Assembly: GCF_006345805.1 (NCBI RefSeq)
Contig: NC_043009.1
Location: 65,720,001-65,784,000 of the forward strand
DNA: 64,000 nt
DNA from: Octopus sinensis
Taxonomy: Eukaryota
Direction of reading: 5' to 3'
Part shown: piece by piece, positions 13,126 to 25,724 of the stretch
Numbering within the stretch: position 1 is the first letter of the stretch
How the letters are laid out: each line of letters starts with the position of its first letter
Notes under the pieces: generated by a model
Database searches by the model: none
What the model saw: only the letters and a program-made list of their open reading frames with translations
What the model was told of the DNA's origin: nothing
Translations under genes and position numbers: made by a program

Positions 13126-13800
13126 CTTCTTTCAGTTTCCGTCTCCTAAGATAAACTCAAGCTTTGGTCTCCCGGGACGCGAATTTTTTTCCCACGAGAG
13201 TTCTGGATCCCAATTATGAACTCATTTGCATAGAGCCAATCAGAGTTCAACTAACAAACTAATTTATGAGCGCCCAACAAGTGATGGGCGATAAGATAAG
13301 GTCACTTGTGTAAGGAATGACCATGCTTCTTTTCTCTTCTAAAAATGCTTGTTGTTCTTGTTTCAACCGTGGTTGCCTCTGCGTAGTTATTTGTGTTGTT
13401 GTTTACTTTGTAAAACAGCAAAGGGAGAGGGTTGCGTGCTCACCACCCTCTACCCACACTTTTCCCATCCAGATCTTTAACATATGGGGCCCTAACAAAA
13501 TCCGATAATAGGTATAGATGCGAATCTATCTAATTACTTGTCTCCTAAACTAAGGCTTAATTTGGCGATCGGTCGACTCACAACATCGTTCTTCGTCTTG
13601 AGTTTTCTTGGTAGAGTGCGAAGTTGACAAGGTCAAAGTGAGCTCTAATTGGCTGTATGTAAATGAGTTTATTACTGGGGTCCGGAAGTCTCGTGGGGAA
13701 AAAATTTCGCGTCCGGGACTATTGTAAAAGACACTTGTCCAAGGTGCCATGCAGTGGGACTGATCCTCAGAACCATGTTGGGAGTGGCCTTTCTCAACGG
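12765..13800 (-). mobile_element. SINE family A interrupted by a plus-strand tail fragment (~12990-13050) and a TIR element
   Basis: Tail and body at 12765-12975, CTTCTTTCAGTTTCCGTCT at 13127, and the head (GACACTTGTCCAAGGTGCCATGCAGTGGGACTGA) resumes after 13718. Confidence 0.8.
13178..13711. mobile_element. Non-autonomous DNA transposon with ~75-bp TIRs
   Basis: CGCGAATTTTTTTCCCACGAGA...AACTCATTTGCATAGAGCCAATCAGAG is inverted at 13645-13711. Flanked by CCCGGGA and TCCGGGA, a 7-8 bp TSD-like duplication. Confidence 0.8.
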
Positions 13801-14952
13801 GAATTCTTTGATATCAGTGAAAGTTGCAGCATCACCCTCCCAGAAATGAAACCGCATTGAGGGCCTCATTTGAACGATGTAGAGAGCCAGAATATTCCAG
13901 TGGGGTTATTTCAGCCCCTACTGGAATAGGGTCTGAAATACATTCTGGCCCTAATGAGAAGAGCTAGTGTTTGGGATGCAGTGCAAGTTATGTTAAAGTT
14001 ACACTTCGCCTGGAGGAATCACCAGTGATAGTTTGACCAAGCATCTGGGGCTAGTATAAAGACTCTGAGTATTACTTCTCGTTACGGAAAGGTTTTCTTG
14101 CTATGAGTTGTGACTGAGATTCGCTTTGGTTGACAGTTTAGGTCAACATGGTTACATTGGAGGTCGTTATTAAGGTCTTCGTTTACGTAATCAGTATAAG
14201 ATCGGTGTGAGTTGTGTAGATTGCTTGAGGAAGATGCATGGTTAAGAAAGATAAGGAAAGAAGAACGGGGTTGTTGCAAGTAGGGGAAGTTGATTATTGA
14301 TGTAAAGAAAGAGAGGGACAGAACCGAAACTTGAGGAATACCAGAGCTGACTCAGAGTGCAACAGAAAGCTCTCCGTCAGCGCGTGCTGGAAAGGTGCGA
14401 TCTGATGCCATCTGGGAGGTGAGAGATATGAGTACTGCATCAGATCTACCACTACAATTATTACTACACTATCGACACCACAAACGCAACCACCACTACA
14501 ACACTCACCACAGCAAACACGAGAGCACAATTATCGCAGTTGTTTTCCATATCCTTGCAATTATAACAACCAGTTGCGCACTCGCATCAACGGCTGCCAC
14601 TTAGACACCAGCAAATCGGCGCTGGTTTTACATTGTTTCGGATCTATAACTGGCAGCAGAGTGTTAGGAGAGGTGGTGGTGGTGGTGGTGTGAGCAGCAA
14701 TAGTGGAAGAGAGATCAGTTATACAAACACGTCTTGACACACCACAAATATCTATCGAATTATGTCTTCTGTATGTATGCTTGTATATACAGATAGAGAG
14801 ATAGATAATGTATATGCACACGCACACAAACACACACACACGCACACACATAAAACTTACTTGGAAGAGGATGCATGGCGTTCAATCATATAATATAAAT
14901 ATATGTATATATGTATTATACATATATATATACATATATGTGTGTATGTATG

Positions 14953-14998
<46 letters not shown>

Positions 14999-15339
14999 CA
15001 CACTCATACATATTTCTCTGTGTGTGTGTGTGCATGCTTGTATGTATGCATGCATTTAGATAAGTACGTATGTGTGTATATAACGTATATATACGCACAT
15101 GCTTCAAATAAACATGTAATAGCTTTAAGTGACATTGGTAAACACCAGAACCATGGCTGGATAATCAACAGCTATGTTATTACGGCAATAATTATGTCCA
15201 AATTATCCAACGTGATTGTCATCAGCAGCAACAGCAGCCGGGAACCACATTGAGCAACATTGTCATTCAGTTCGTTGTCATCATCATCATCATCATCCTC
15301 ATCCTCACCATCGTAACTGCCATTGTCGTCAGAACATTT

Positions 15340-15700
15340 TTGCTGAATGAAGATTTTAAAAGCTAGATTAAATGTGTGAATCGTCGTAGAAACAGTGAAT
15401 TTGAAGACTGCATCACAGACAAGATTTGGATTCGGAAATGAATGGGTGAATAGGGAACTAAAGAATACGGAGAGGAAGATGGGGAAAGTGGCTGGCGTTG
15501 TGCAGAAATATGCATCTCCAATCAGATGGGGACGAGTTATGCTGGAATAAAGCAGAACGGGAAAGAGGTTTAATGAGGGTTGAAAGGATAGTAGAGCTAA
15601 AGAAGATAAGTCGGGGTTGCTATTTAGAAGTAAAAGAAGAAATTCTCCTCAAGAAGGTAATAAGCGAAAAACTATTTGCAAAATGCGTAGAATCTGAGAA
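15340..15700 (+). mobile_element. Dong/R4 LINE fragment (post-RT region)
   Basis: Frameshifted ELKNTERKM...HLQSDGDELCWNKAERERGLMRVE resembles the R4 motif LHPKSDVDRLY...GGRGL. Confidence 0.6.
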
Positions 15701-16103
15701 AATTTCAGAAAGAGAAAATCAAAAGAAACTTCACTTAGAAATTATTAGAGATTTTAGGGGTTTTAGTCAAACAAATCGATCCCAGTACCTTTTATTAATT
15801 ATACATAGGTGCGCAATTAACTCGATAAAAATTAAAATTAAACTGTATAACAATTGGTCATAGAGAGGAATTTGTGTTCTTGGCTCGGAATTTAGTAAAA
15901 GAGTGAAATAAAAATTGTCTCTAATGATGCTACATAATATAATTTTGCCTACAAAAATCAGATTTTCTCTTAGTTTTTATCTGTCTGTATATCTATCAGT
16001 CCATTTTTAAAGCGTGTGTATGTGTGCCCGTGTGTGCATATGCGCGTGTGCGTATACTCCATGTCTGTACTGTGTAAATGTATAGTGCATGTGTGTGTGT
16101 GTG

Positions 16104-16136
<33 letters not shown>

Positions 16137-16330
16137 CAGTCGCCATGATAGATCGTTAGCCACTAGACACATTTTTTTTCTCTCCTTGTTTTTTCTGTGT
16201 CCCTTTCTGTAGAAGAGCGTAGGCTCGAAACGTAAAAGACTTCCTCTATTCCTGAGCGTTATACTAATACATTTCTTTGTTTTGTACACCACCTGTCTCC
16301 ATGTTTTGTTTTTTTCATAAACTCTCCCTA
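16137..16330 (+). mobile_element. Penelope-like terminal fragment with a mutated hammerhead (16203-16238)
   Basis: CTTT-CTGTAGA-A-GAGC-GTAG-GCTC-GAAAC-GTA-AAAG; the core has CUGU in place of CUGA. Confidence 0.6.
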
Positions 16331-17484
16331 TATATAAACATATTCAGGTGTGTGAGTACCTGTACTTTGTATATTGGATTTGTCTGTACACAATCTAAAA
16401 GAAAAAACAACAAAAAGGATTGCTAATTCCGAGGGGTAGAAAAGTGCACAATCTGTGCTGTGATTATTCCTCACACTGTGCCCACCAAGATGAGCTGAAG
16501 GATCGGGAATCTTTTGAACCCAGATTTGCAACCTATGGAGGAAGCAAATGACTTTTAGGAATAGAAACGAACGCCTGTTATTCAGGCTGTGAAGTGTGTA
16601 GTGTGGTCGGTTCTACCCTCCACAGCGTGTCTAGAAAAACCCGTGGTTTTTTTTAAAGCAACATGTGAAATAAAGTTCTTATATATTTATTATAAATGTT
16701 GACATCTACAACGAATTGGTGTCCGGTCAATTTTTCGTCGTTTAATTTGTCCCCGGTCAATTCGTCAAGATCATAGGAAAAATGGAAGAACGAATATCTG
16801 GAATTAAAAAACGTTTATTTTAAGGTTTGTTGTATTACATATTTATTTTTTTCTTCAAATTTAGTATTGTGTGCAACTGCTTATAGAAAAATACGTTTTT
16901 GGCTTGGATTGTATTTTTCCATGACATTCTTTATATACAGGTTCATATCTCTGTGTTTTTTTTTACTTTTGGCTTGGTTCTTCTCATTGTAATTTGGTAC
17001 TGGCAAACCTTTCCTTACATTCAATCACATCAATAAGTTTCCAAATATTTGGATGACTAATATTCTCTGAGTTTTCCAGAGAGTTGTGTTAGGCTCCTAA
17101 AGTATTTGTAGTAAGAGGAATCCCCGTCATACATCGATCCAAAACATTCCATATAAGTAATGAAAATGGGGATTCAAAGCATCACCTCCTCTGTCTTCCT
17201 CCTCTAGGTGGTCCTATATAATTGTTTTCAAAATAGGATACAATTGACAGTGGTGTTCATATCCGCCTACAACATCATCAACCGGCAGAAAGGCAACGGC
17301 AACAAAACACCGCATTTCAGACTAAAACTGTCATCTTCGTGCTACCAGAATCTTAGTCCTTTTTTGCACAACATGCTTGTAAACATTTTGTCCTAAATGA
17401 AACAAGCAGCATGCCAAATTCGACACAGGAAACGATTCCAGAAATCCGTTTTGGGTTGTTTTTTCGGAATCCATTATTATATTA

Positions 17485-17825
17485 CACCGAACAACAAAGC
17501 TTTTGCTACTAGAGTAAAAGCATGTGTTTTAGACTAAATCGAGGATTTTGAGTTATGCGCACGCGCAAGATTATAACTATACTTTCGACAAGATATAGGC
17601 CGTATTATAAAATGTGCTAAAATGAAAGCAGTTTTAATTCAAAATTTAAAAAATAACAGCAATAAAACAAACGATGAGAAAGTTCATTATTTAGTTTAGC
17701 AACAGATGGCGCTGACGTATTGTTCGCAAGCGCTAAATACGTCAGTTTGTTCTTGGTAACTTTCAGTGTCGTTTGCGCTGCCGACATGTGTTGTATGTGT
17801 ATCAATAATTTTCTTTGGCCAATGT
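17485..17825. mobile_element. TA-flanked MITE-like insertion inside the MULE transposase
   Basis: Removing it with one TA restores the frame P-D-N-I-I-M-D. The ends are degenerate inverted repeats (CACCGAACAACAAAGCTTTTTG vs CATTGGCCAAAGAAAATTATTG). Confidence 0.7.
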
Positions 17826-17899
17826 TATCAGGTCCCTCGTTCTGCAGTAATTCTTTTATTTTGGCAAGAAGTCTACCATATGTGTCTTGACTTCTGTCA

Positions 17900-18304
17900 G
17901 GCGCAGGAGTGGCTGTGTGGTAAGTAGCTTGCTAACCAACCACATGGTTCCGGGTTCAGTCCCACTGCGTGGCACCTTGGGCAAGTGTCTTCTGCTATAG
18001 CCCCGGGCCGACCAATGCCTTGTGGGTGGATTTGGTAGACGGAAACTGAAAGAAGCCTGTTGTATATATGTATATATATATATATGTATGTGTGTGTCTG
18101 TGTTTGTCCCCCTAGCATTGCTTGACAACCGATACTGGTATGTTTATGTCCCCGTTACATAGCGGTTCGGCAAAAGAGACAGATAGAATAAGTACTAGAC
18201 TTACAAAAGAATAAGCCTCGGGGTCGATTTGCTCGATTAAAGGCGGTGCTCCAGCATGGCCGCAGTCAAATGACTGAAACAAGTAAAAGAAAAAAGAAAA
18301 AAAG
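17900..18304 (+). mobile_element. SINE family A, young full-length copy inserted in the MULE
   Basis: A box TGGCTGTGTGG, B-box-like GGTTCAGTCCC, internal TA/TG microsatellite, tail GGCGGTGCTCCAGCATGGCCGCAGTCAAATGACTGAAAC and an A-rich end. Confidence 0.92.
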
Positions 18305-19837
18305 ACCAATGCCAACAATCGCGGGCCATTAGAATTATCAATTTGAATGTGAAGTATATCTAACTGAAAAATTATATTAGAGCAGCACTTAAATGTTCCA
18401 TCTGCCGCCCAGTTCTTGTGCTGTTTTAACTGCCAAAGTGCTTCGTCACTTGCCAATATTAGTATTTGTTTTGAATCTTTCATCTCGCTGTCATACTGTA
18501 AAAATGTTTCATCATTGTCAAGGTAGGAGTATTCACTTGGAATGGGAAACTCAACATTTGTAAGTGGGGTGGCAGAATGGCTGGAATCAGTTTGCCTCCA
18601 ACGTTTAATATTCCTATTAAGCTTTGCAGACGGAAGTATTTGTGACAATGTACAGATGTTTAAATTCTGAACTTCACTGGCGATAATTGAGCGAAGAGCA
18701 TCACGAGATGAAATAGACTTTACCTTCATATTTGAAACCATTATCTTTGCATTTACCTCTGCAGCAGTCGAAGCGTGATTATGGATCCCAATCTTTTTAA
18801 GCGCTTTATAATTTTCATCCGTTTGAAGTCTCGCCTTGCACACACGATTTCCTTATCTCTAATATATCTTCAATCCATCTACATTCTGCTTATTTTTTTT
18901 TTGTGTATGTATAATTTTTTTGATCGACCACTTTGATTTTTTTCCTTTCTCTGAAGTTATCATCTTGCAGGTAGTCATGTTGATGGGTGGGTATATTGAA
19001 TAAATTTAATTCGATTTGCTTGAAAATCTTTGATCATAACCTGTTCAGTGCAGATACTTAAGAGAGAGAAAGAGAGAAAGAGAGAGAGAGGTGGGGTTAC
19101 AGAAAGGGAAAAATATATAAACCTGTCTAACGACAATTTTAATTCTAAAGTAATTGTTCTAAACTTCCCTCAAAAATCACACTTAAAAGGTATTAAAAGT
19201 ATTTTGGGACAAATTGACCTGGAGATGAATTGACGAATTGTCTTGGCACCAACGAATTAAATACTGGTTAATTACTCATCAACTAATTACTGGTAAGTTG
19301 ATGAGAATTAATTCCATTTGCAAATAAATCATCGGTGGTGGGGTCACATGGAATTCACATCCCTACATTACAAAATGAAATTGTCCCTCATAATTGAGAC
19401 ATACCTTATGCTTTCTGGGTGTTGTTAACGACTGCAAATAATATATACTTATGGCGACTAACAATTCAAACTTTCTCCAGATCAGTTTTTCTCCAGAATA
19501 AACAAAATTGACCGATACTTCTTTTCCTCGTTTCAAAAGTCAAGATTATTTTTGGTTTGCAGCATTTCCTTATCGTTAAATTTCACTGTTTTCTCTTACA
19601 TGCAAAAGAATCCAAGATTGTGAAGTTATCATAGTTTCGAACCAGGAGATTACTTATTAGACAATACTTCACGTATAAGAACTTCCATAAACTTAGAACC
19701 CATTCTGAACGTCAAATTAAAAGATTTATCGTTCTAAATATCTTTCCTACAGTCAACTATAAAAAGCTAATTTCCATAGATGTTTCAATATCAGTATTAG
19801 ATCATCTTTCCTTCCATCTGCCCCAACAATTCTAAAC

Positions 19838-19992
<155 letters not shown>

Positions 19993-19993
19993 T

Positions 19994-20505
19994 GCCGTTG
20001 CACAGCCCCTAACGCTGGAAATTCACTACGGTGTCAGCTGTTCACTACCAGTGAATTAAGATAACATCTCTTATTTTTCGAGCACCTTCCGGAGTACTCG
20101 AGCGGTTCCAAGCAGTGCTGTTTTCTACAAGTGTTCCACCCTTATTTCAGCCCCTATTTGTTCCATGTACTTCTTGAGAATTTTGTTCACTGATTCCAGA
20201 GCTCTGACAATTATTGGTAATACTGCTACCTTTTTCATCGATCGCAACTACTTAACTTCCCAAGCTAACCTCTCATGTCTCTCCAATTTTCTTTCTTCCT
20301 TATCGCATACCTTGTTGTTAGCTGGACATGCTATATCTATGATCCAGCATAGTTTGCGTTCTTTCTCAATTAAGACTATGTCCAGCTTCCTATTCTGTAT
20401 CTCATGATTGCACTGAATCATAAAATCCCACAGGATCTTTGCATTATCATTTTCGATGAAGCCTTTGGGTTTGTGGTCGCACCAATTGTTTTGCTCTGTC
20501 AAGCC

Positions 20506-20507
<2 letters not shown>
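19994..20507 (-). mobile_element. Dong/R4 LINE 3' fragment (restriction-like endonuclease) flanked by (TAA)n
   Basis: KILWDFMIQ...KLDIVLIEK...IIDIACP...KTALLGTARVLRKVLEK*. Same family as 63611-64000. Confidence 0.9.
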
Positions 20508-20553
<46 letters not shown>

Positions 20554-20570
20554 GGGTTTAGGATCAAGTG

Positions 20571-20890
20571 AAGGCGCGTCGCATAATAATTCGGGTGTTT
20601 GGCTCGCGATCGTAACGTCGTGAAATCGATTCCTAGAGGCGCGTTTTGTCCTTGAGCAAGACTCTTAATTTCACACTGTTCAAATCCACTCCGCTAGCAA
20701 AAGTGAGTAGTTTCTGTAATTCAAAGGGCCAGCCTTGTTTACATTATGTGTCGTTCTGGATGATTCTGATAAATACGCTAAAATTATGCGTGTCTGAATT
20801 GCTCAGCCAATTGCACTTGAATTTCACGAGCAGACTGTTCCGTTGATCTACGGGTAAACTCATCGTCGTAAGCGACGGAATGCCAGAAAA
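20571..20890 (+). mobile_element. tRNA-derived SINE, family D
   Basis: GGCGCGT...AAATCGATTCC head, GTCCTTGAGCAAGAC block, and the end CGTCGTAAGCGACGGAATGCC. Confidence 0.7.
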
Positions 20891-21904
20891 AAAAACCTTC
20901 ACTAAGTTCCAAATTATCTGATAAAGATTCTTGTCTTTTCGCGACAGTTGCTGATGTTATTATTGGTGTTCTTTTCGTTCTTATGATGATTCTGGTGCAA
21001 TTATTGTTACAACAAAGCAATTATATCACAGCTTTTGTCAATGCTGCTGGGCATCTTCGAAGTTACTTTATTATTATTATTGTTGTTGTTGGTGTTGGTG
21101 TTGTTGGTGGTGGTGGTGTTCGTCGTCGTCGCCATCGTGCAGCTGCCGCAGTCTTGTTGATATTATAGTAATTACAGCCACTTCTTTTCTACTTTGGCGT
21201 CCAACAACTACTGATACGTCTTTGGTGACGCTGATGTTGTTGTTGTTGTTGTTGTGGTCGTAATGGTTATACTGGTAAAAGACGACACAACAACAAAAAA
21301 ACAACTCCATGTCTGATGCTGTGCTGTCTCCTCATAATTCTTATACTGTCGCAACCGGAAAGAATTATCTTGATTTCAACAAAGTCCAACACAAACGAAC
21401 GACAATTATATATCGTCCATCGGAACAGCTGGACAAACGAGCTAATTTTTGAAGCTACGATATTCTCCACTTAAGATACATATTTTTGAAAGCAGCCATT
21501 CTATCGACTACGTTCTACTGTTTCTCTTTAAAAGAAAACTTTCATCGTTTGTGGACCAATCGCCCCCGTCAATATCGCTTATTTAAAATCCATAAATTTT
21601 CGAGGTGGAAGCAACGCGTTCACTTTGTAATAACCGAATTCCGCTACATGTGTCCTTTCAAAGTTTATCGTGTAGACCACAGACTTGTGAATTCAGTTTT
21701 TTCCAAGTCCATACTGGCACGTTCCAAAATTCCTTTCGGTGCCTATGAAGCAGTCCAGGTAACTCCCTGATAGGAACAAATGAAGGAGGTCTTCACACAA
21801 TTTCCACACAATTCCAGTATGCATCTAAGTTACCATTTCAGTCATCTAGTATACTAATTAACGAGAAATTTCTAAGGAATGGCGCTTGTGGCGGCTTCGC
21901 GTCA

Positions 21905-22212
21905 CCTGAGGCAAAAAACATTGCGTACGACCCATTGCCTCGTCGCCGTGACCTTGCCGAAGCATGCTCAATGTCTTTGTAGCAGACTTCCTGAGTTTAA
22001 TGCAGAATTTCACCGTCAGCTCTTTGTTCCTGTCCACAACAAAACGCAGACACGTGATCACAAAAACAACTTGTGAAGTAAACACAGCGATGTCACTCGG
22101 CACACTGCCTCATAAAGGTCACTGCTAGCTCTCACGGCGAACGCAACCGTGTGCTGCCATCTGTTGCCGTGCTACGGGAACTAGCCCGGGAACTTTTTGA
22201 TATCACTTCGTA
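21905..22212 (-). mobile_element. Mariner 5' fragment (TIR plus transposase N-terminal HTH)
   Basis: TIR TA|CGAAGTGATATCAAAAAGTTCC; translation VKFCIKLRKSATKTLSMLRQGHGDEAMGRTQCF. Confidence 0.85.
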
Positions 22213-22379
22213 TTGGAAAATATAGTCAGTACCATATAAATAAACCTAATGTTCACGGCTGGAATGTCTCTCATCCTATTTGCTCAGAGTTGACGTGGAG
22301 AATAAACAGCATCATATTTTCATACCTACCACATCACCACCACCACCACCACCAAGCTCTCAAGTCACTCATACTTCAC

Positions 22380-22886
22380 TTCTCCTTCTTTCTCTCTCTC
22401 TCTCTCTGGCCCTTCTTCACTCTCTTTTTCTTTCTTTAACTCTTCCTCCTCCTCCTCTCTCTTTCTCTGTCTCTCTTTCTTTCTCGCTCCCTCTCTGACC
22501 CTTCTTCACTCTTTCTCTCTCCTTGACTCTTCCGCCCTCTCTCTCTTTCTGGCCCTTTTTCACTCTCTTTCTCGCTCTCTCTCTCTGGCTCTTCTTCACT
22601 CTCTTTCTCTCCCTTTGAATCTTCCTCCCTCTCTCTCTTTCTTTCTCGCTCTCTCTCTCTGGTCCTTAACTCTCTTTCTCTCTCTTTGACTCTTCCTCAC
22701 TCTCTCTCTTTCTTTCTCGGTCTCTCTCTCTCTGGTCCTTAACTCTCTTTCTCTCCCTTTGACTCTTCCTCCCTCTCTCTCTTTCTTTCTCGCTCTCTCT
22801 CTCTCTCTGGTCCTTAACTCTCTTTCTCTCTCTTTGACTCTTCCTCACTCTCTCTTTCTTTCTCGCTCTCTCTTTGGTTCTTCACC

Positions 22887-22926
<40 letters not shown>
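22380..22926. repeat. Polypyrimidine (CT-rich) tract with ~80-bp internal tandem copies
   Basis: CTCTCTCTGGTCCTTAACTCTCTTTCTC...TTTGACTCTTCCT is repeated three times. Confidence 0.9.
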
Positions 22927-22928
<2 letters not shown>

Positions 22929-23319
22929 AATATACGCATACACCAACAATGACACATTACACATCGAGACATGCGTGCGCGCAGTTAAGCACCCACAACC
23001 ACCCTCCTACATTTACATTAACACCGCACGCACAAACACATACGCAAACGCACACACATTTACACAGCGCATGGCACCACGCATTTATGCATGCATCCTC
23101 ATGCGCTCACCACCACCACCACAACCACACACACACACACACACACACAAATATAAAAACACACACATATAGAGATACGCCCAGTTGCATACGTACACAC
23201 GTACACACACACATGCATCTACACATTCACCCTCCCAACATACAAATTTACCTCCCCGTTTTTTCCTTCCCACATGCCCCAATCTCCATCTCTGTCCTTC
23301 TCTATCTCTCTCTCTCTCC

Positions 23320-23365
<46 letters not shown>

Positions 23366-23406
23366 TCAATCAACCAACATACACACACACACTACACACG
23401 ATTACA

Positions 23407-23443
<37 letters not shown>

Positions 23444-24254
23444 TTCCAGAGGCACCCTCCAACTCCCCTTCCGCACAGACTCCACGCAATTGTCCTGCCC
23501 CATCATTTCTCTCGCATTATCGCCACCACCCACCCACACCCACACACACCACCACCACCACCACCATCCCTGCCCCCCACCCCCAGCCCATCAACCCACT
23601 CCCTCCCTCCCTCCCTCCCCCCTCTTATCCCTTCACTCCCACCCTCACAGCCACCCTCTTACATTTACCAAGCTACAAGTTACAACCAGATCTTCTGCCT
23701 TCATGAATATTTGAAAATTCTTTCACCTATTCACTTGGCGTTTTTTTACAATACACAAAATCTCTCTTCATTTATTCATGTACACTTCAAAATGCAGGCA
23801 GATATTTAGCCTTGTTCTTGTAACTGTTGTTGTTGTTATCGTTATTATTGTTATTGTCGCTATTATTGTTGTTGTCGTTGTGGAGGATGTTGCTATTGTC
23901 ATTATTCTTATTGTTGTTTTTTTTGGTCGATTTTTTCTTGATTTTTTCTTGATTTTTTTTTTCCTAGCTGTTGTTTAGTGTGGCGTGGTTATTATTGTGT
24001 AGTTCCATTTTTATATATTTTGTGTTGGTGTTGTTGGTGTTGTTGTTGTGGTGGCGGTGGTGGTGATGGCGATGGTGGTGGCTGTGGTTGGGGATTGTTA
24101 TAGATGAGGGTGGGGCGGTTCTCGTATTGTTTCATTCTTTCCTTCTTTTTCTTTATTATCTTGTTTTGGTTTTCTGTATAATTTCGTTTTTATGTCGTTT
24201 TGCTTTGTTTGTTGTTATGGATGACGGAGGCGTTATTATCAATACATACATATA

Positions 24255-24301
<47 letters not shown>

Positions 24302-24417
24302 GTATACATACATATATATTTGAGATATATATATACACACACATATATATACTTATATATATATACATGTATATATATATATATATATATACATGTATAT
24401 ATATATATGTATGCGTG

Positions 24418-24466
<49 letters not shown>

Positions 24467-24953
24467 ATACACATCCCTGCTATTATCTTCATCACTGGCG
24501 TCATTTGTGGTGGAGTGGCATCAGAAGCAGTAGTAATGGAGGTGCAGGCTGTGGTGACAGAAGCTGGGTTGTCAGTCAGCCCGCGCCAATACTGTAATAA
24601 CAATATTGATAATAATAGTAATAATAATAATAATAATAATAAGTATAATAAGTATAATTATTATTGTTATCATCATTGCCGTTGTTGTTGTTATGTTCCT
24701 TAAAAACTATGGCGATTCGCATGAAATCCTTTCAACAAAAGACTGTTCTAGACAAGAATAGAATGGAATATATTGGTTCAGGTATGACTTCGCAATGGAA
24801 ACACGGGCGGGATCGAATCTAGGGACATAAAGCAAAGAAGAAGAAAAAAAGGGAAAATAATACATAAAATAAAGAGAAACCTATCAACTCTCCAGCAATG
24901 GACAAACAAAAATTGAATACAATTAAGCAGTGATTTATTATTATTATTATTAC

Positions 24954-25001
<48 letters not shown>

Positions 25002-25109
25002 CATCGTCATCATCATCATAGTTAGAATGGTGAATGGCAAGATCGTTACAATTGCAGATAAAATGCATTATGGTATTTAGTTGTTCTGAGTTCAAATCCC
25101 GATGACAGG

Positions 25110-25275
25110 AAATGCAGAAGGCAAAAAGAGGAAGGGACCATCAAAGACATTTGTGGACTGATGGCATTAAAGAAAAGACTGGAAACAAGGGTTTGGCTGA
25201 TTGTACACGTGCAACACAACGAAAAGGGAACTGGAGTGTTTTGGTAAGCCGACCTCTGGATACAGGGACGATATG
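25110..25275 (+). mobile_element. RTE LINE 3' fragment
   Basis: AKRGR...WTDGIKEKTG..GLADCTRATQRKGNWSVLV resembles the RTE C-terminus GRP..RW.D.I...AQ.R..W. Confidence 0.6.
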
Positions 25276-25348
25276 TGCCTCATGCCTTGCAGGGCCGTTG
25301 AAATAAAATAACAATCCATGACTGGATAAAATCGGATTAACTGAAGCT

Positions 25349-25525
25349 AAGCGGTGAGCTGGCAGAATCGTTAATACGCCATCCTAAATGTTTAGCAGTA
25401 TTTCATTCGTCTCTACGTTCTGAGTTCGAATTCTGCCGAGGTCGACTTTACCTTTCATCCTTTCGGTTTGATAAAATAAGTACCAGTTGAGCACTGGTAC
25501 TTGTGCCAAATTTTGGAACCAAAAT
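25349..25525 (+). mobile_element. SINE family B
   Basis: GCGGTGAGCTGGCAGAATCGTTA...GAGGTCGACTTTACCTTTCATCCTTTCGG...AAGTACCAGTTG. Confidence 0.85.
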
Positions 25526-25589
25526 GATTAATTCAAGTCTCGTCAGAAATTATTTTCCCTTGGGCCGAAGATAGAAATTATTGTTATTA

Positions 25590-25700
25590 CTCTACATTAT
25601 TTACAATGGACGGATAGGTGTCCTCATCTTGTTTGTCGTCAACACAAAGTTTCGGCTGATGTACTCTCCAGCCTTCATCAGTTGTTCAGGTAGAACTTCG
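25590..25700 (-). mobile_element. Penelope-like terminal fragment with a hammerhead core
   Basis: Minus strand CTGATGA-A-GGCTG-GAGAGTACAT-CAGCC-GAAAC; stem III is mutated (CTTT instead of CGTT). Confidence 0.6.
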
Positions 25701-25724
25701 ACCCTAACCCTTTATATCACTAAT

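Larger units (their letters stand above)
16718..19250 (-). mobile_element. Full-length decayed MULE (Mutator-like) transposon encoding a FLYWCH-type transposase
   Basis: Transposase pieces: CKARL...HNH, FLQYDS, WAADGTFK, TYGRLL, MDSEK, CLFHLGQ, YFENNYIG, LIWNV, HPNIWKLI. TIRs are built of GGTCAATT(C/T)GTC subrepeats. AACGAATT is directly repeated at 16710-16717 and 19251-19258. Confidence 0.9.

Noticed and set aside
21311-21454. 47-codon ATG ORF (MSDAVLSPH...)
   Set aside because: Short, no homology recognised, and expected by chance.
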